Assembly (NCBI RefSeq): GCF_009914755.1
Contig: NC_060926.1
Source of the DNA: the human T2T-CHM13v2.0 reference genome, Homo sapiens
Strand: one strand, 5' to 3'
Length of the DNA stretch: 64,000 nt
The notes under the pieces are model-generated. The model was not told where the DNA came from and ran no database searches. It saw only the letters and a list, made by a program, of their open reading frames with translations. Shown in pieces: positions 12,900-26,410 of the stretch (positions are counted from its first letter, which is position 1; every line of letters starts with the position of its first letter). The translations under genes were made by a program, and so were the position numbers.

Positions 12900-12939
12900 G
12901 GAAAAAAGAATGGATGTTGTAAAAGATACAAGAAATGCA

Positions 12940-13845
12940 GACATAGACATAGAGTGAAGAGTGCCCTCCCTGTCCCCTCTCAGTCCCCATTCACCTTCCC
13001 AGCGTGCTAGTCCTAGTCACAGGGAGCAAGTATCCTTCTCACCTACAATGCATTTAATTCGAACTGTATGAATTGTTCTGCCAGTTTCTTTTTTAAACTT
13101 AGCAGTGTGTCTTAGAAATCTTTCAATAGGGTTTATGTTATTGTGCCATTGTTTAGATAGACCAGAATTTATGTAACAATCCTTCTACTGACACACACTT
13201 CTGTTTTTATGCTTTTTGTTCCACCATTACACAAACAAGGCTGTGGTGAGTGACTTTGTACATGTGTATCTGTGTCCATATGTGACTGTTTCTGTAGGAT
13301 GGGTTCTTGGAGCTAGAGTTGTTACATACAACTGTGGCAATTTAAACATTGCCAAACTGCTCTGCAAAAGACTCTACTGGCCGAGCACAGTGGCTCATGT
13401 CTGTAATCCCAGCACTTTGGGAGGCTGAGGTGAGAGGATTACTCGAGCCTGGGAGGCCAAGATTGGAGTGAGCTGTGATGGCACCATTGCACTCCAACCT
13501 AGGCAACAGAGTGAGACCCTGTCTCAATGATAACAACAACAACAAGACTCCATCAATGAAACTCCTGAGATTGAGGAGGCTCCTTTCTCCCACCTTCACT
13601 GACATTGGGTATGGCAAATCTGGTTTAGTTTTGTTTTCCTCATTGTTTCTGGATTTTTAATCTCTTAGGAAGAACTTCCTCATGTGGGACTACACAAATA
13701 TCTCCGAATTTTTCTTTCTAAAATTTTTTATACTTTTTACTACATTTCACTTTTGAGATCATTAGAAGATTATTTTTAAGTTTCTAATATATTTTTTCCA
13801 AGTAGATAGCCAGTTTTCCCTACACCATTTTATTGAACAGTTCAT
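12940..13845 (-). mobile_element. Degraded L1ME-type 3' region
   Basis: Antisense L1 3' motifs (CATATGTGACTGTTTCTGTAGGATGGGTTCTTGGAG; TTGCCAAACTGCTCTGCAAAA; GATAGCCAGTTTTCCCTACACCATTTTATTGAA). Split by an Alu monomer. Confidence 0.6.
13379..13542 (+). mobile_element. Free Alu monomer (FRAM/FAM)
   Basis: Single ~150-bp arm with right-arm 3' end and (AAC)n tail. AAGACTC occurs on both sides. Confidence 0.85.
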
Positions 13846-13932
13846 ATATATATATTTATATGTATATGTATGTGTGTATATATACACACATATATATTAC
13901 ATATCACATACATATCATATATGTAGATATAC
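13844..13932. repeat. (TA)n/(TG)n/(CA)n degenerate microsatellite
   Basis: Alternating purine-pyrimidine tract seen directly. Confidence 0.85.
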
Positions 13933-14177
13933 AGGAGGTTGCTTCAGGGTTTTCTAGTGAATTCCACAGATCTAAGACTCTTCCTGTAAAACATGAATTA
14001 CTTCTCTCTTGAGGTTTTCTAGATTCACTTGTGAAATTATTAAATTATTTGTGTCTGATGCTCTTTAGGGATAAATCTCTGGTAACTTAAAAATTATATC
14101 ATAAATTGCTTTCCAAAAATTATTTTGTTAACTCTTTTAATATAACCTGTTTTCTTTGTAATCATATATATATATAT

Positions 14178-15475
14178 GCTTTATTAAGGTATAATTAACA
14201 TACAATAAACTGTGCGTGTTTAAAATGTACGATTGATAGTTTTCACATTCATGGCATGGCACCATCGCCACAATCAAAATAATCAACATATTCATCACCC
14301 TCAAAAGTTTCCTTATGTCTCTCCATAATCTCTCTCTCCCGTCCTCTCGCTTTTCTCTCCCATCGCCAGGTAACCAATAATCTGCTTTCCATAACTATCA
14401 GTTACCTTGCATTTTCTAGAGTTTTATGTGGGTGGAAGAATACAGTATATACTCATTTCAGTCTGATTGATTCTTCTTTTAATCAGTGTAATTATTTTGA
14501 GATCCATTCATGTATCAGTAGTTAATTCCTTTTCATTGTAGATTCATATTCAGTTGCATGGATGTATCACAGTTTGTTTACCCCTTTACCTGAGGGACAT
14601 TGGGTTTTTTTTTTATTGGGGAGCTGTTTCCAATAATGCTGCTATGAACATTTGCATATAAGTCTTTTTTAGGGACATATGCTATCTTTTCTCTCAGGCA
14701 AATAAGAATAGAATGGTTAGATCATGTAGTCGGTGTATGTTTAACTTTCTGAGAAACCACAACAGTTTTAAGTGGTGTACCATGTTACTTTCCCGACAGC
14801 GGCGTATGAGAGTTCCAGTTGCTCCACACTCTCAACAATCCTTAGCGTGGTCAGTCTTTTCAATTTGAGTGATTCCAATAGTGTGTAGTGGTATCTCATT
14901 GTGGGTTTCATTTTCATTTCCCTGAGACAAATGACACTGAACATCTTTTATTTGCCTACGCTTGTTTGCTATCCATTTATTTTCTTTAGTTATCTGTTCA
15001 AATCTTTCACCATTTAAAAAAAATTGGCTTTGTTTCATATTGGTGAGTTTTAAGAGTTCTTTATATATTTTGAATACAAGTGCTTTATCAGATATGCCTT
15101 TTGCAAATATTTTCTGCCAGCATGTGGCTTGTCTTTTTGTTCTCTTAATAGTGTTTTTCAAAGGGCAGAAGTTTTTAATTTTCATAAAACCCAACATATT
15201 ATTTTTTTTCTTTTATGGATCATAAAAGGTCTTTTGGTTTTGTATCTAAGAAATGTCTTTCTAACCCAAAGCCACAAAGATTATCTTTTGTTTATTTTCT
15301 AGAATTTATATAGTTTTAGGTTTTACATTTAAGTTAATGGCTGATTTTTTTCCTTAATTTTTGCATATAGTGTAAGGTATGGGTCAAAATTCACTTTGTT
15401 GCATGTGGGTATCCAACTGTTCCAGGTCCCTTTATTGAAAAGACCATCATTCCTCCATGGAATGGCCTATGCTCC
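14178..15475 (-). mobile_element. L1M (L1MB/ME1-type) 3' end and ORF2 C-terminus
   Basis: GCTTTATTAAGGTATAATT...TTTAAAATGTAC 3' terminus. ORF 14832-15197(-) KIKNFC...KRQATCWQKIFA...DKALVFKIYKELLKL is L1 ORF2. Confidence 0.9.
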
Positions 15476-15820
15476 TTTTTGATGACCTTTTCAGGCCTTT
15501 TATTGATCATTGATCTAATCAGTTTTCTCTTTGTTTTAGGTCAATTTTGATAGTGCATATTTCTCAGAATATCATTCAGCAATCCCCAGCTATTGGAGTA
15601 AAAGACCCATGTTAACAAAGTTGTTTGCATGTATTTCAAAGATTGTTTCTCATATTAAGGTTCATTTACCAGTTTCTGGCTCAGCTTTTTCTGGGTAGAC
15701 CCCCACTGATGTAATAGTGCCTTTTCCACAACAACTTTGTGCCAGTTTCCAGTGTCCCATCCCTCCATTCACTCTGTGTGAGTCTCTGCAGAAGGCATTC
15801 CATGCCCTTTTTGTCACTGG

Positions 15821-16122
15821 TTTTTTTTTTTTTTTTTTTTTTGAGACGATCTCACTCTGTTGCCCAGGCTGGAGTACAGTGACACCATCTCGGCTCATTG
15901 CAAACTCCACTTCCTGGGTTCAAGCAATTCTTGTGCCTTAGCCTCCCAAGAAACTGGGATTACAGGCATATGCCACCATGCCTAGCTAATTTTTGTATTT
16001 TTAGTGGAGACGGGGTTTCATCATGTTGGCCAGGCTGGTCTCAAACTCGTAGCCCCAAGCAATCCACCCGCCTCAGCATCCCAAAGTACTGGGAATACAG
16101 GCATGAGCCACTACGCCTGGCC
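15821..16122 (-). mobile_element. Alu SINE (AluS/J boundary type)
   Basis: Poly-T followed by an antisense dimer ending CGCCTGGCC. Confidence 0.93.
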
Positions 16123-16158
16123 CCCTTTCATCACTCTTAATAATCAGTCCTAAACTCA

Positions 16159-16270
16159 GGGCACACATTTGTCTGGTGTGCATAGGATAGTCCTGGTTTG
16201 CTCCTGTTGGCGAGAATACTTTTTAATAGCATCCTTTTTAGTTAAGTGTCCTAACTTTGGACAGTAAAAT
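16159..16270 (-). mobile_element. MER94 (hAT-Blackjack MITE)
   Basis: AGGG...GGATAGTCCTGGTTTGCTCCTGTTG...TTAATAGC...AAGTGTCC...TTTGGAC..TAAAATT follows the recalled MER94 consensus. Confidence 0.65.
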
Positions 16271-16494
16271 TCTTTCTCAGAAGGTCTTTCATTATCTGGC
16301 CTCTGCCTGCCTCTCCAGCATCATCTTGGGTTACTTTCCTAAGCAGTCCATTCCAGCCATACCAGCCTTCTTAACACACACAACTCTAAGTGCTATTTTA
16401 TGTTTAGGAATGAGTAATACTTCCTATCTGATTTAAATGTATTTTATTATTACTTCAATAACCTTGATTTTCAATATTTATGAAAATTGTTCAT

Positions 16495-17320
16495 ACATGC
16501 TGCCTTTGAACTAGAAATTTCTTTTCTAGAAATGTACTTAAAGACATACTCCATCCTTTGTATGAGAGAAAAAAGTATGTATATTAAAGAATTGCATTAT
16601 TTATCATAGACACATATAGTACACACTTAAATATTAGGGGAGGTTGGTTAAAGAAAAAGTAGTTAATTCATGTGATGGAGTACAACGTGGTGTTACAAAA
16701 AGTGAAAGGATGGGTAATAGGCACTGTAGAGGAGGCAAAATTTTACCTCTACCATCTTAAGGTTTTTCAGCTGGGCCTGAGAATTATATTGACATAAGAC
16801 AGATTAACAGGAGCAAAGCATGCACATTTATGTAAGTTTTAAGTAATATGGGAACTCTTATAAGGAGAAGAAGACCCAAAAAAGTGGCAAAACCCAAATG
16901 TTTTTATACTAGGTCGAACAAAGAGAAGCAGTTGTGGAAAATTAAACTATGTAAGGAAGCTAAAGAAGATGAGAACTATCTTAACAAGGTGTGTTTGTCC
17001 AGAATTCTCTGAGTTCGTACTCCTCGTTAAAGAATGTTTCCTTTTTCCTGGTACAGGGAGGGTATCTTTCAAATGAGAGTTTAATCTCCTGTTTTCAGAA
17101 AGAAAAGGGGGAGACTAGGATTCCCTTCTTACATCTTTTGTTTTTCCAGTGCCTTTTACTCAATATAATACTTTTACCAAAGTTGCATATTTAGGGGTTA
17201 CATATCCTGCCACCCTTAAGCACTGACATAAAAGGAGCTCAGAGAGATGTTATTAAGTGAAAAAAACTGAGCTACAGAAGAGTAGGTACTGCATGATTCT
17301 ATTTGTGTAAAGAGGTTGGA
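16495..17320 (+). mobile_element. L1ME-type 3' UTR fragment split by an LTR
   Basis: CCTTTGAACTAGAAATT...GATGGAGTACAAC before the LTR; GATGTTATTAAGTGAAAAAA...CATGATTCTATTTGTGTAAA resumes after it. Confidence 0.65.
16725..17219 (-). mobile_element. MER67-family ERV1 solo LTR
   Basis: Minus strand begins TTAAGGGTGGCAGGATATGTAACCCCTAAATATGCAACTTTGG (MER67-type) and ends ...TACA. 4-bp TSD GCAC at 16721-16724 and 17220-17223. Confidence 0.8.
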
Positions 17321-17335
17321 TGGATACAAATATAT

Positions 17336-18808
17336 GTTGCCGATTATTATCCCAAAAGACAATCCCAAATGCTGTAACCCCAGATGCTGAAATCTTTAAA
17401 GATCAAAATTCCTGAAGTCTAAATCTCTGAAGTCTAAAATGCCCAATATCTAATTGAATCCCCATGCCATAATGACAGATTTGGAGTTAGGTTCAATAAA
17501 GGCTTCTAAAAGTGAATTTCAAGGTGTTACCGATAAAGTTGGTTTTTTCCGTTCAGCCCAATGCATTTGGCAGAAAATTCAGATCAGTAGATTGGCCACG
17601 AGATACAGCAACAATTGAAACTTCAGTTTAAAAATGTCTCCTTTATCTGCATTGGCATTCTTTCTAGCTGATGAAATTTCCAGGGCTTTTAATGAATTAG
17701 AGCCACATTTGCCTGAAGAAGCCATGGAAGTTACTGACTGGTTCAAAAATAATTATGTGTGTGGTAGGATAGGAAGGTACGCAAAAGTGTTGCTTCTGCC
17801 AAATTTGTGGTCTGTATATGAGTGCGTGGGGAATGGATTTCTCCTTACCCAAAACAACATAGAAGCATGGCAAAGGAGATGGGAACATTTAACAGGGATG
17901 CTCACATCAGTGTATATTGAATTATAAAAGAATTCCAAAAAGAGCAAGGCCAAGTAGGAAATGAATGTGAAATTGTCCTCTGAGGAGAACCAGGCCCTTA
18001 AAACAACAAAAAAAGCAGCTATTCCTCTTGATGAAAGACTTCAAAATATACTTAATGATTATGTAAGTTGGCCAGCTCTTAATCCCTGCGCTTTCCCATA
18101 ATTAATCCCTGTAATACACATTTTCATGTATCAGAATTTCTTTTTAGTTGTTTTTGTTTAGTCACCACTATTTTAAATTGTCAGCATTATTATTATTATT
18201 ATTTTTTTACAATTTGTTATGCTTCGTATTTCATATTTGCATCATTTTAAGACTGGAGGTATAAAGTATGTAAAGGCTTTTGGAGAGCTTTAATCTGCTT
18301 TATGCATTTTTTGCAAATTCGACTCCACGAAAGCCCATTATCACAACATTAGCTTTGTGTGTAACATTGTGTATGTACATAAAAATGTTCAAACTTCCTT
18401 AGTAAGTGAAGCGATGTCCTTTTTATACCTCTGTATTTTGGGTGTTTTGGTGACCCATGGAGGTTTTTGATCAATCTCATCAAAAAACTTGGGTTGTCTG
18501 TCACAATATTTCAGATGTATGCAGTTATATAAGCTATTTCTTTTGGAATATGGCTCAGCTGCTCGTAGCTGTTACACCCTTGCAAATGTTGTTAGTATAT
18601 CTGAGTGTCTATACAGAAATATGTATGTTATTATTGCCTATTTTATTGTGTAAAGTGGCCTATGAAGTGTTCTGTCATGTTTTTATATGTTTCTCAAATC
18701 AATCCCCCTTTAAAAATGTAAATCAATGTCTTTTAAATAATTTTAAAAATTATTTTGTCCAGAAGTATATTTTTGGGATTTTTATCTTTTGGGATTATGG
18801 CCCAAACC
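17336..18808 (+). mobile_element. Ricksha (MULE/MuDR) DNA transposon, internally deleted, with transposase remnant
   Basis: Termini ...ATTATCCCAAAAGAC and CTTTTGGGATTATGGCCCAAACC. 9-bp TSD CAAATATAT/CATATATAT. One frame 17454-17927 (one stop) gives PHAIMTDLE...Q.IWQKIQ...DWFKNNYV...LWSV...TQNNIEAW, which are MULE DDE motifs. Confidence 0.85.
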
Positions 18809-19088
18809 CATATATATACATGCACGTGCTTGTGGATATGTGCGTGTGCACACGAAGGCACATGTGCTACCTGGTAGGATATATAATATAGGGAGTTAGC
18901 AGGGGTGGAGAAGTAGGGTGTCTCTTCTTTTCATGTCAATTTTTAAACCATACACATATATTATTTTAATGTTAAAAACTAGTTTGGCATTTTTAACCAT
19001 GGGTCGGCCACATTGCACAGGCATTTTCTCTGATGGTCACAGCATTCTTCCCCACTGGCTTGGACTCTGGACTTTACCCTATCCTTCT

Positions 19089-19391
19089 TTTTCTTTTTTT
19101 TTTTTTTTTTAATGGATTCTCACTCTGTTGCGCAGGCTGGAGTGAGTGGCATGATGTTGGCTCACTGCAGCCTCCACATCCTGGGTTTAAGCGATTCTCC
19201 TGCCTCAGCCTCCTGAGTAGCTGGAATTACTGGCATGCACCACCACGCTTGGCTAGTATTTTTGTATTTCTAGTAGAGATGGGGTTTCACCATGTTGGCC
19301 AGGCTGGTCTTGAATTCCTAACCTCAGGTGATCCACCCACCTCGGCTTCTCAAAATGCTGGGATTACAGGCTTGAGCCACTGCGTCTGTCC
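19089..19391 (-). mobile_element. Alu SINE (AluSx-like)
   Basis: Antisense dimer. TSD CCCTATCCTTCT at 19077-19088 and 19395-19406. Confidence 0.95.
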
Positions 19392-20164
19392 CTCCCCTAT
19401 CCTTCTGAATGCCAAGTTTCACCCTTTGACTGGAGTTAGCCTTGCGGAAGAACTGAATTTGTTGCCATCTCACTTTTCTGTCCCTTTTTCTAGGTCCAGA
19501 ATCATCTCCCAGAACTGCTGTTCAGCTCCAGCTGGTCTTTATTGAGCCCCTCTTGTGGACCAGGCTAATTTCCTGAAAACTGGTTTTTGCTAACGTTTCT
19601 TACGCTTGCTCGTGAAATCAGCCACTTAACTGTTCTGGGTTTTCCCGTGGCAGATCCCTATAGGCTTCTCACTGCACTATCCCAAACTTTTTATCTGAGA
19701 ATGTTGTGTGGCAAGATGTCTGCAGAGTGCCGCTTAGGAGATGCTGGCCTGGCGTCCACGGGTCTGCTGTGTATGTCTCTCCAGGCAGATGGCCTGTCTC
19801 TGCCTGGCAAGGACGATCTGGGGTGGAAAAACTCTGATCTGAAAGTGAAATCATTGACTCCGTTACCATGTTCTGAATTCCCAGATCTCCCTGATATGGA
19901 AAGTGAAAATTGGCTTCTATTACACAATGCATCAAAATTCTTTTGTATAGGACCAGACCACTGATATCAAGGGCAGTGCACTGACTTTCAGTTCCTCTGC
20001 ATCCCTTGGTCATGTTCCCACCTTTCAATGGGAACAGAGAATAAAAATTCCAGCTCTAGGGCCCAGCCTAGTGGCCACCTCTCACGGACAGGCACCCGGC
20101 TGCTCAGTGTTATCCAATTACTAGAGGCCATTCCTAGCATTTCAACTTGGGGAATTAATTTACT

Positions 20165-20472
20165 ATTACTTTATTTTTATCTTTAGAGACAGAGTCTTGC
20201 TCTGTCACCCAGACTAGAGTGTAGTGGCATGATCATAGCTCACTGCAGCCTTGAACTCCTGAGCTCAGGCAATCCTCCTGCCACAGCCACCTGAGTAGCT
20301 GGAACTATAGGCATGTGCCATCATGCCCAACTAATTTTATTTTTATTTCAGTTGTAGAGATGGAGCCTTACCCTGTTGCCCAGGCTGGTCTCTGACTCCT
20401 GGTCTCTAGTGATCCTCCTGCCTTGGCCTCCCAAAGTGCTAGGATTATAGGTGTGAGCCAACATGCTGTCCC
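20165..20472 (-). mobile_element. Alu SINE, AluJ-type
   Basis: GATCATAGCTCACTGCAGCCTTGAACTCCTGAGCTCA are J diagnostics. Confidence 0.92.
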
Positions 20473-20969
20473 CATTATTGACTGTTACCCTAAAGTGTGT
20501 GTTGCCTTTCTAGTTTGAGTAGAAAGTCCAGCATTATCTTTTTGGATAATATCCAGGTTTTGCTGTTTCTTTCTTTATTTTTCATAATGAGAACATTTGC
20601 TCTCTTGCTGACATTGGAGGGCGTCTGTTTACCTCTCCTGTAGGCACACAAAATTCCCAACGTTTATTTGAAGAAAAAGACAATTATTTGAGTAATTTGA
20701 ATAAATAAACATTTTAAGTGATTCCCAAAAGACTTTCTCTGCTGATAAATATTTAGTGTAGTTTTAATGATTAGTCTCCATTTGTTTTCTTTCTTTTGTA
20801 GCTGGGGCTTCTATAGTCAATACAATCTCAGGCATTTGCTTTCTTTTAGAGTAAATGGCTCAAGGAAGACCCAAACCCAACCCCTATCACCCTGGGCACT
20901 GCTCAGTGGGTCGTATACCATCACGAAATTACCCCAGTATGGAACTGGAAGGGACGGGAAGTGTTTAGG

Positions 20970-21165
20970 ATCAAGTTCCAACATGACCTAGGCTTGTCCT
21001 GGGACTTCATGCAAATGATTTGGCTTTACTGGGACTTGGTTTCTGCTATAATAGAAATTTGGGTTTACTAATACCTCCCTCAAAGGATTATTTACTGCTG
21101 TACCCCGTGGATGCACCCAGCAGAGGCCCCACATGTGGCAGATAGAGTGTTGCTCCATAAATCCT
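20970..21165 (+). mobile_element. MIR (diverged)
   Basis: GCAAATGATT...TTGGTTTCTGCTATAATAGAA...TAATACCTCCCTCAAAGGATTATT...GCTCCATAAAT follows the MIR layout. Confidence 0.5.
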
Positions 21166-22037
21166 CATTTCCTTTCTTTATCTCAGGTACACTTAAACAC
21201 AACACTCCATGATAACCAGAATCTTCTTCACTCCTCCCTTCCTATATCCCAAGAAAAAGTCAATGGACCCTGACTAATAGGGCCCATATTCTCATAGGAT
21301 ACTGCACAAATGTCCTTCTGATTTATTTTGCCCCATTTGTCTTGACAGTAGTGCTAGAGGTTGGTGGCATGGATTTCAATCTGTGTGAGTCTTAAATCCT
21401 TCTACTTTCCCATTACTTGGGCTGGTGATTATCTAAAGTCATGGCTACGCCTGGAGGACAGGGAGGAAAAGCAAAGATCTCATTTGAACTTAAGGTACTT
21501 TTGTGGTTTGCTTAGGAGGAGGAAATTGCAGATTCAAATTATAATGGAACTTGAAAGAAGTTTTTAGTGTCTGGGGTAAAACTGTGACAGAAGGTGCCAT
21601 TTAAAACTTATGAATAATGTACAAGCAAAAGAAAATTCATAGTTAGGAGAGCAAACCTGTCTGTCTAAAGAGAATTGCAGGAAAAACCAAAGACGCCAGA
21701 CCAGTAGCTTTTGTTCAAGAAATTAGTTTAATAACACAGCCAAATTTAGAATACCTTCTGCATGGAGTGTTCCTGAAGTGAGTTTTGTCTTGCATTTCAG
21801 AAGTCTTCTACTTTATCATCAAAATGAACATCCGAGGACATTTTAATTGCTATTTTGCACTCAACTGTATAGAACCTACTAGCACTCTGTGCATTTACCA
21901 CACGAGTGCACAAAGTGCCACATGGATGTCTAAACACCTATGATGAGATGCAGGCAGTGCCTCATCAGTAGCAGCAAGTGGAAATTCAAGAGCCCATGGT
22001 GAAGTAAAATTAACCACCCCAACTAATTTTTTTTAAA

Positions 22038-23960
22038 ACAACAGCTTTATTGATATATCATCCACATTGTGTAAAATTGTTTCATTTAAGGTATGCCATA
22101 TGATGGCTTTTAGTGTCTTCAATGTGTTGTGCAGCCATCACCACAATCTAATTTTACATTTCTATCAACCCTTGAAAGAAACCCTGTATTCTTTAGTAGT
22201 CACTCCCAATTACCCCTCCCTGCAGCCTTAGACAAGAACAAATCCACTTTCTGTCTCTATAGATTTACCTATTCTGGCCATTTCATTTTAATAAAATCAT
22301 ATAATAGGTGGTCTTTTGGAACTGATGTCATTCACTTGGCCTACAGTTTTCCAGATTCAAGTGTGTCACAGCATGTATTGGAATTTCATTTCTTTTTATA
22401 TTCCAAATAGTATTCCTTTGTATACCTATACCACATTTTATTAACCCATTCATCAACTGATGGACATTGGGTTGCTTCCACTTTTTGGCTAGTGTGAATA
22501 TGCTCCTATCAACAGTCATGCATGTTTTTATTTCTCTACCTTGTAATGGAATTGCTATGTCAAATGGTAACTCTATGTTTAACATTTTGAGGAACTACCA
22601 AATATTTTTTCAGTGTAGCTGCACCATTATATATTCTCACCAAGCAGTATGTATTTCAATTTCTCCACATACTAGCCATACTTGCTATTATCTGCCTTTT
22701 ATAACCATTCTAATGGATGTGCAGTAGTATCTGATTAGGATTTTGATTTACATTTGCCTAATGACTAATTATATTGAACATCTTTTTATGTGCTTATTAG
22801 CCATTTGTATACCTTCTCTGGAGAAAGGTCTGTTCAGATTCTTTATCCATGTTTAAAATTTTGTTATTGATCTTTTTATTAGTGAGTTGGATGAGTTCTT
22901 TATATATTCCAGATATCATTCCATGATGAGAGATATGATTTGCAAATATCTTCTCCCATTCTGTAGATTGTCTTTTCACTTTCTTGATGATTTTCTTTAA
23001 CTTTCTTGATGACGACATCCTTGGAAGCACAGAAGTTTTTAATTTTAATGAAGTCCAGCTTATCTTTGCTTTTGGTATCATACCTAAGGAACCATTGCCT
23101 AATCCAAGGTCATGAGGATTTGCTGCTATGCTATCTTCTAAGAGTGTTATAGTTTTAACTCCTGCATTAGGTCTGTGATCCATTTTGAGTTAATTTTGTG
23201 TATGGTGTGAGGAAGGGCTCAAACTTCTTTCTTTTTCATGTGAATATCCAGTTATTTCAGTACTATTCATTGAAAAGACTATTCTTTCACCATTTGTTTA
23301 TCTTGGCACTCTTGAGGAAAAATCAATGGAAATAAATATAAGGATATATTTCTAGACTCTCAATTCTATTCCATTGATCTATATGTCTACCCTATGCCAG
23401 TATCACCTTTTCTCAATTACTGTAGCTGTGTATCAAGTTTTCCAATTGAGAAGTGTGAGTCTTTCAACATTATTCTTTTTTTTCAAGATTGCTCTGGCTC
23501 TCCTGGGCCCCTTCTAATTCCCATGTGAATTTCGGTACATCTTGTTGATATCTGAAAAATGAGGAAACTTGGATTCTGATGGAGATTACATTGAACTTGC
23601 AGCTCAGTTTGGGAAGTATTGCCATTTTCATAAAATGTCTTTCCATTTATTTAGACCTTCTTTAATTTCTTTCAACTTTTTTTTTGTTTTCAGTACACAA
23701 GTGTTATATTTCTTTTGTTAATTTGTTCTGAGTCTTTTACTTAGCAGCTATTATAAATGGAATTGCTTTTTAATTTTTGGATTGTTCATTATTAGTATAT
23801 AGAAATACAATTAATTTTTGTATATTTATCTTGTATCCTACAACCTTGCTGAACTTGTTTTTTAATTCTAACTGATTTCAGTGGATTCCTTTGGATTTTC
23901 TATATACAAGATCATGTTATCTGCAAGTAGAGATAGAGTTACTTCTTTTCAAATAGAAAT
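22038..23960 (-). mobile_element. L1MB 3' end through RT region of ORF2
   Basis: AACAGCTTTATTG (AATAAAGCTGTT on minus) marks the 3' end. ORFs 22328-22585 and 22797-23183(-) are ORF2 C-terminal peptides (KRQSTEWEKIFANH). Confidence 0.92.
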
Positions 23961-23969
23961 AGCTTTCTG

Positions 23970-24420
23970 GATACCTAAAGGATAATTATACACTCTTCCT
24001 CATTATAGTTATAAGTATTTAAAAAGTCTATCTTGTACAATATTAATATATTCACCTCATCTCTTATGGTTGCTATTTATAGATCTTTTTTTCCATCATT
24101 TTACTTTCAACTTATTTGTATCTTTGAATCTAAAATATGTCTTTTATCTAGAGAATTAGGTGAAACTTGTTTTTAAAATCTAGTATGACAATACCTGCCT
24201 TTCTATTTGATGCTTAATTCACCTACCCAGAGAAGACCTTTTGTCACACTGAGCTATTGGGGTAAGGTGGGGAGTGTAATATAAGTGGATTGTGGCTCAA
24301 ATACTACAGACTCTCATTGTTTTTACTGAAATTTAGATCTTCCTCCATTTGCTGTATGCCTTAGAGCAGTTTCCAGAGACTTTAAATGTTTTAGAAATCA
24401 ATTTCAGCAATTAAATGGAA
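23970..24420 (-). mobile_element. Further L1M fragments (inter-ORF and 5' UTR-like)
   Basis: TTTCCATCATTTTACTTTCAACTTATTTGTATCTTTGAATCTAAAA and GTGGATTGTGGCTCAAATACTACAGACTCTCATTG resemble antisense L1M pieces. Confidence 0.55.
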
Positions 24421-25729
24421 AGTGCTTTGGTATCAGTACCATCTTATACAGGTCAGCAAAAGCAGTGGAACTAGGCATGAAATTGGGTTTTGTTTTTGAG
24501 CAAAGTTCAGAAGTGAGCTGCTATGTCAGGTCCAGTCCATGACAGGGGTGGTACAAGGACCTTGGCCTCCTGACTCTTGGCAGGTTCTCTGTGGTCCAGC
24601 TTCCACTTGCCTCCCCAAGCCTTTTTGAAATGCATTCACTCAGGCTGTCATCTTGTGTTGCATTCTTTGACATTCCATGATTTGGATAATTTCTAGTATC
24701 CAAAGATCTTACACAAAAACTCAGATGACCTTGTGGAAGTTTATTCCCAGGCCATATCTCTGCAAATCAGATAAATTGCTTTTGTCACAGGCATAATACA
24801 TTGTTAATTTTGGAAATGCTTTTTGTAAAAATAACAAGAGTCAGGTTATTTTCTTTTTAATTTTCAATTATGTGCAAGGATACATCAATACCAAGAAATG
24901 AAATGGGCTTATCATAACCCAGATGATGGTGCTGACCTTTGGGATGGAGCCAGGTAATAGATTAGGCAGACAACAGATGGTGGTGAAATCTGGGTGGCAA
25001 AGGAAGAACGCCCTGAAATGAAGTCCTGGGAAACCTGCAGCTGTATTAGGTACCATGCAGATTAATCTGTGGCTGAGGGGTAGCAAACCAGTCAGGGGTC
25101 TGTTGGCTGGCTCCAGCTGAGGGGATTTCTCATTGCTGTGCTCTGGGCCTTGATGACAGATGTGTTCATCCAACACCTGACATCCAGATGTTGGACATAA
25201 ATGGCGCTCAACCACTGGGTCACCAGAAAGTTTTCAATGGAGGATGAAGTGTTTAGTTTTTGCTCGGAGGGGTGGTTATTATAATAGACCCACCCCAGGA
25301 TTTTTTTTCTCTTAGGAAAATATTCCTGTGCACTGAAGACACATATTCTGTTGCCAGCAAAACAGTAAAGTTTGCTTTTACTTATTTTTTCAATTGTAAA
25401 ATCAAAGATGAAAAAGGGATGCCTGAAAAAAGCTATATCCAGGGAGGCTCAGGACTTGTATTAACTTCCTGGCAGATTAGAAAATAAAGTGGGAGAGAGG
25501 TTAAAGCAAGGACTTGTCTGTCAAGTCAGTTGGAAGGAGGAAGATCAAGGGAATTGTCTGGGAAGAGGGAATGGCTATTTTAAGCAGGTATAAACAGGAG
25601 CCTGTTCACCTTCATAGATCTTTCTTGGATCAGCCTAGTGGCACTTGCTGCAGTTAACTATGTTGGTAGATTTTTTCCCATATCCCACTGGGGTAGACCT
25701 ACATCTCTCACCTCTGCTCATCTTTAAAA

Positions 25730-26410
25730 GTTAAAACAAACCACAGAGTAACATAGGCAAAGTACAATAAGTGACCCAACATTTCATACAGTTAAAAAAT
25801 GCTTCTAATAGGAAAAAATCCCAAAGCAAAAGTATTAGGTTAAATTGTTTATATAAAAATTAAAAGTGTACATATTTCAAAAGCAAAGCTAAAACTATGT
25901 CACAGTAGAGACATCCAAACAAATATGACTACCAATGGTTTAATTTTTTTAATATATAAAGAGCTTCTATAAATAAGTAAGAAAAATGCTAATACCACAG
26001 TATATAAAAGGGCAAGCTATGGACGATTTGAAGAAGACATATACATAGCTAATAATTAATATGCATATAAGATAGAAAAATTATTAATAATCAAAAAAAG
26101 GCAAATTAAAATGAGATAATATTTTACTTTGTTGAATTAGCAAAGTCATTTGAAAGGAAAAATACTCAGCTTTGGTAGGAATGTATTAAGATAGGCAAGT
26201 TATACACTGGGAGAAGGAATAAAAATTGATATAATCTTTCTGGAGAGTGAGTTGGTGATGTGTGTCAAGGGCTTTAAAAAAAGTTTGCATGTTTTGATAC
26301 AGTAATAGTTTTCTATAAATTTACCCTAAGGAAATAATCATGAAAATTATGCCTTCAAGTATAGTTAATGACAAGAGGAATTGCATACAACGGAATATTA
26401 GGTAAATAGA
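25730..26410 (+). mobile_element. Degraded L1ME ORF2 C-terminus/3' region
   Basis: TATATAAAGAGCTTCTATAAATAAGTAAGAAAAA; GCAAATTAAAATGAGATA; ATCTTTCTGGAGAGTGAGTTGG; ATTTACCCTAAGGAAATAATC. Confidence 0.7.

Noticed and set aside
19033-19545. 170-aa ORF
   Set aside because: Mostly antisense Alu translation ([27 protein letters not shown]).
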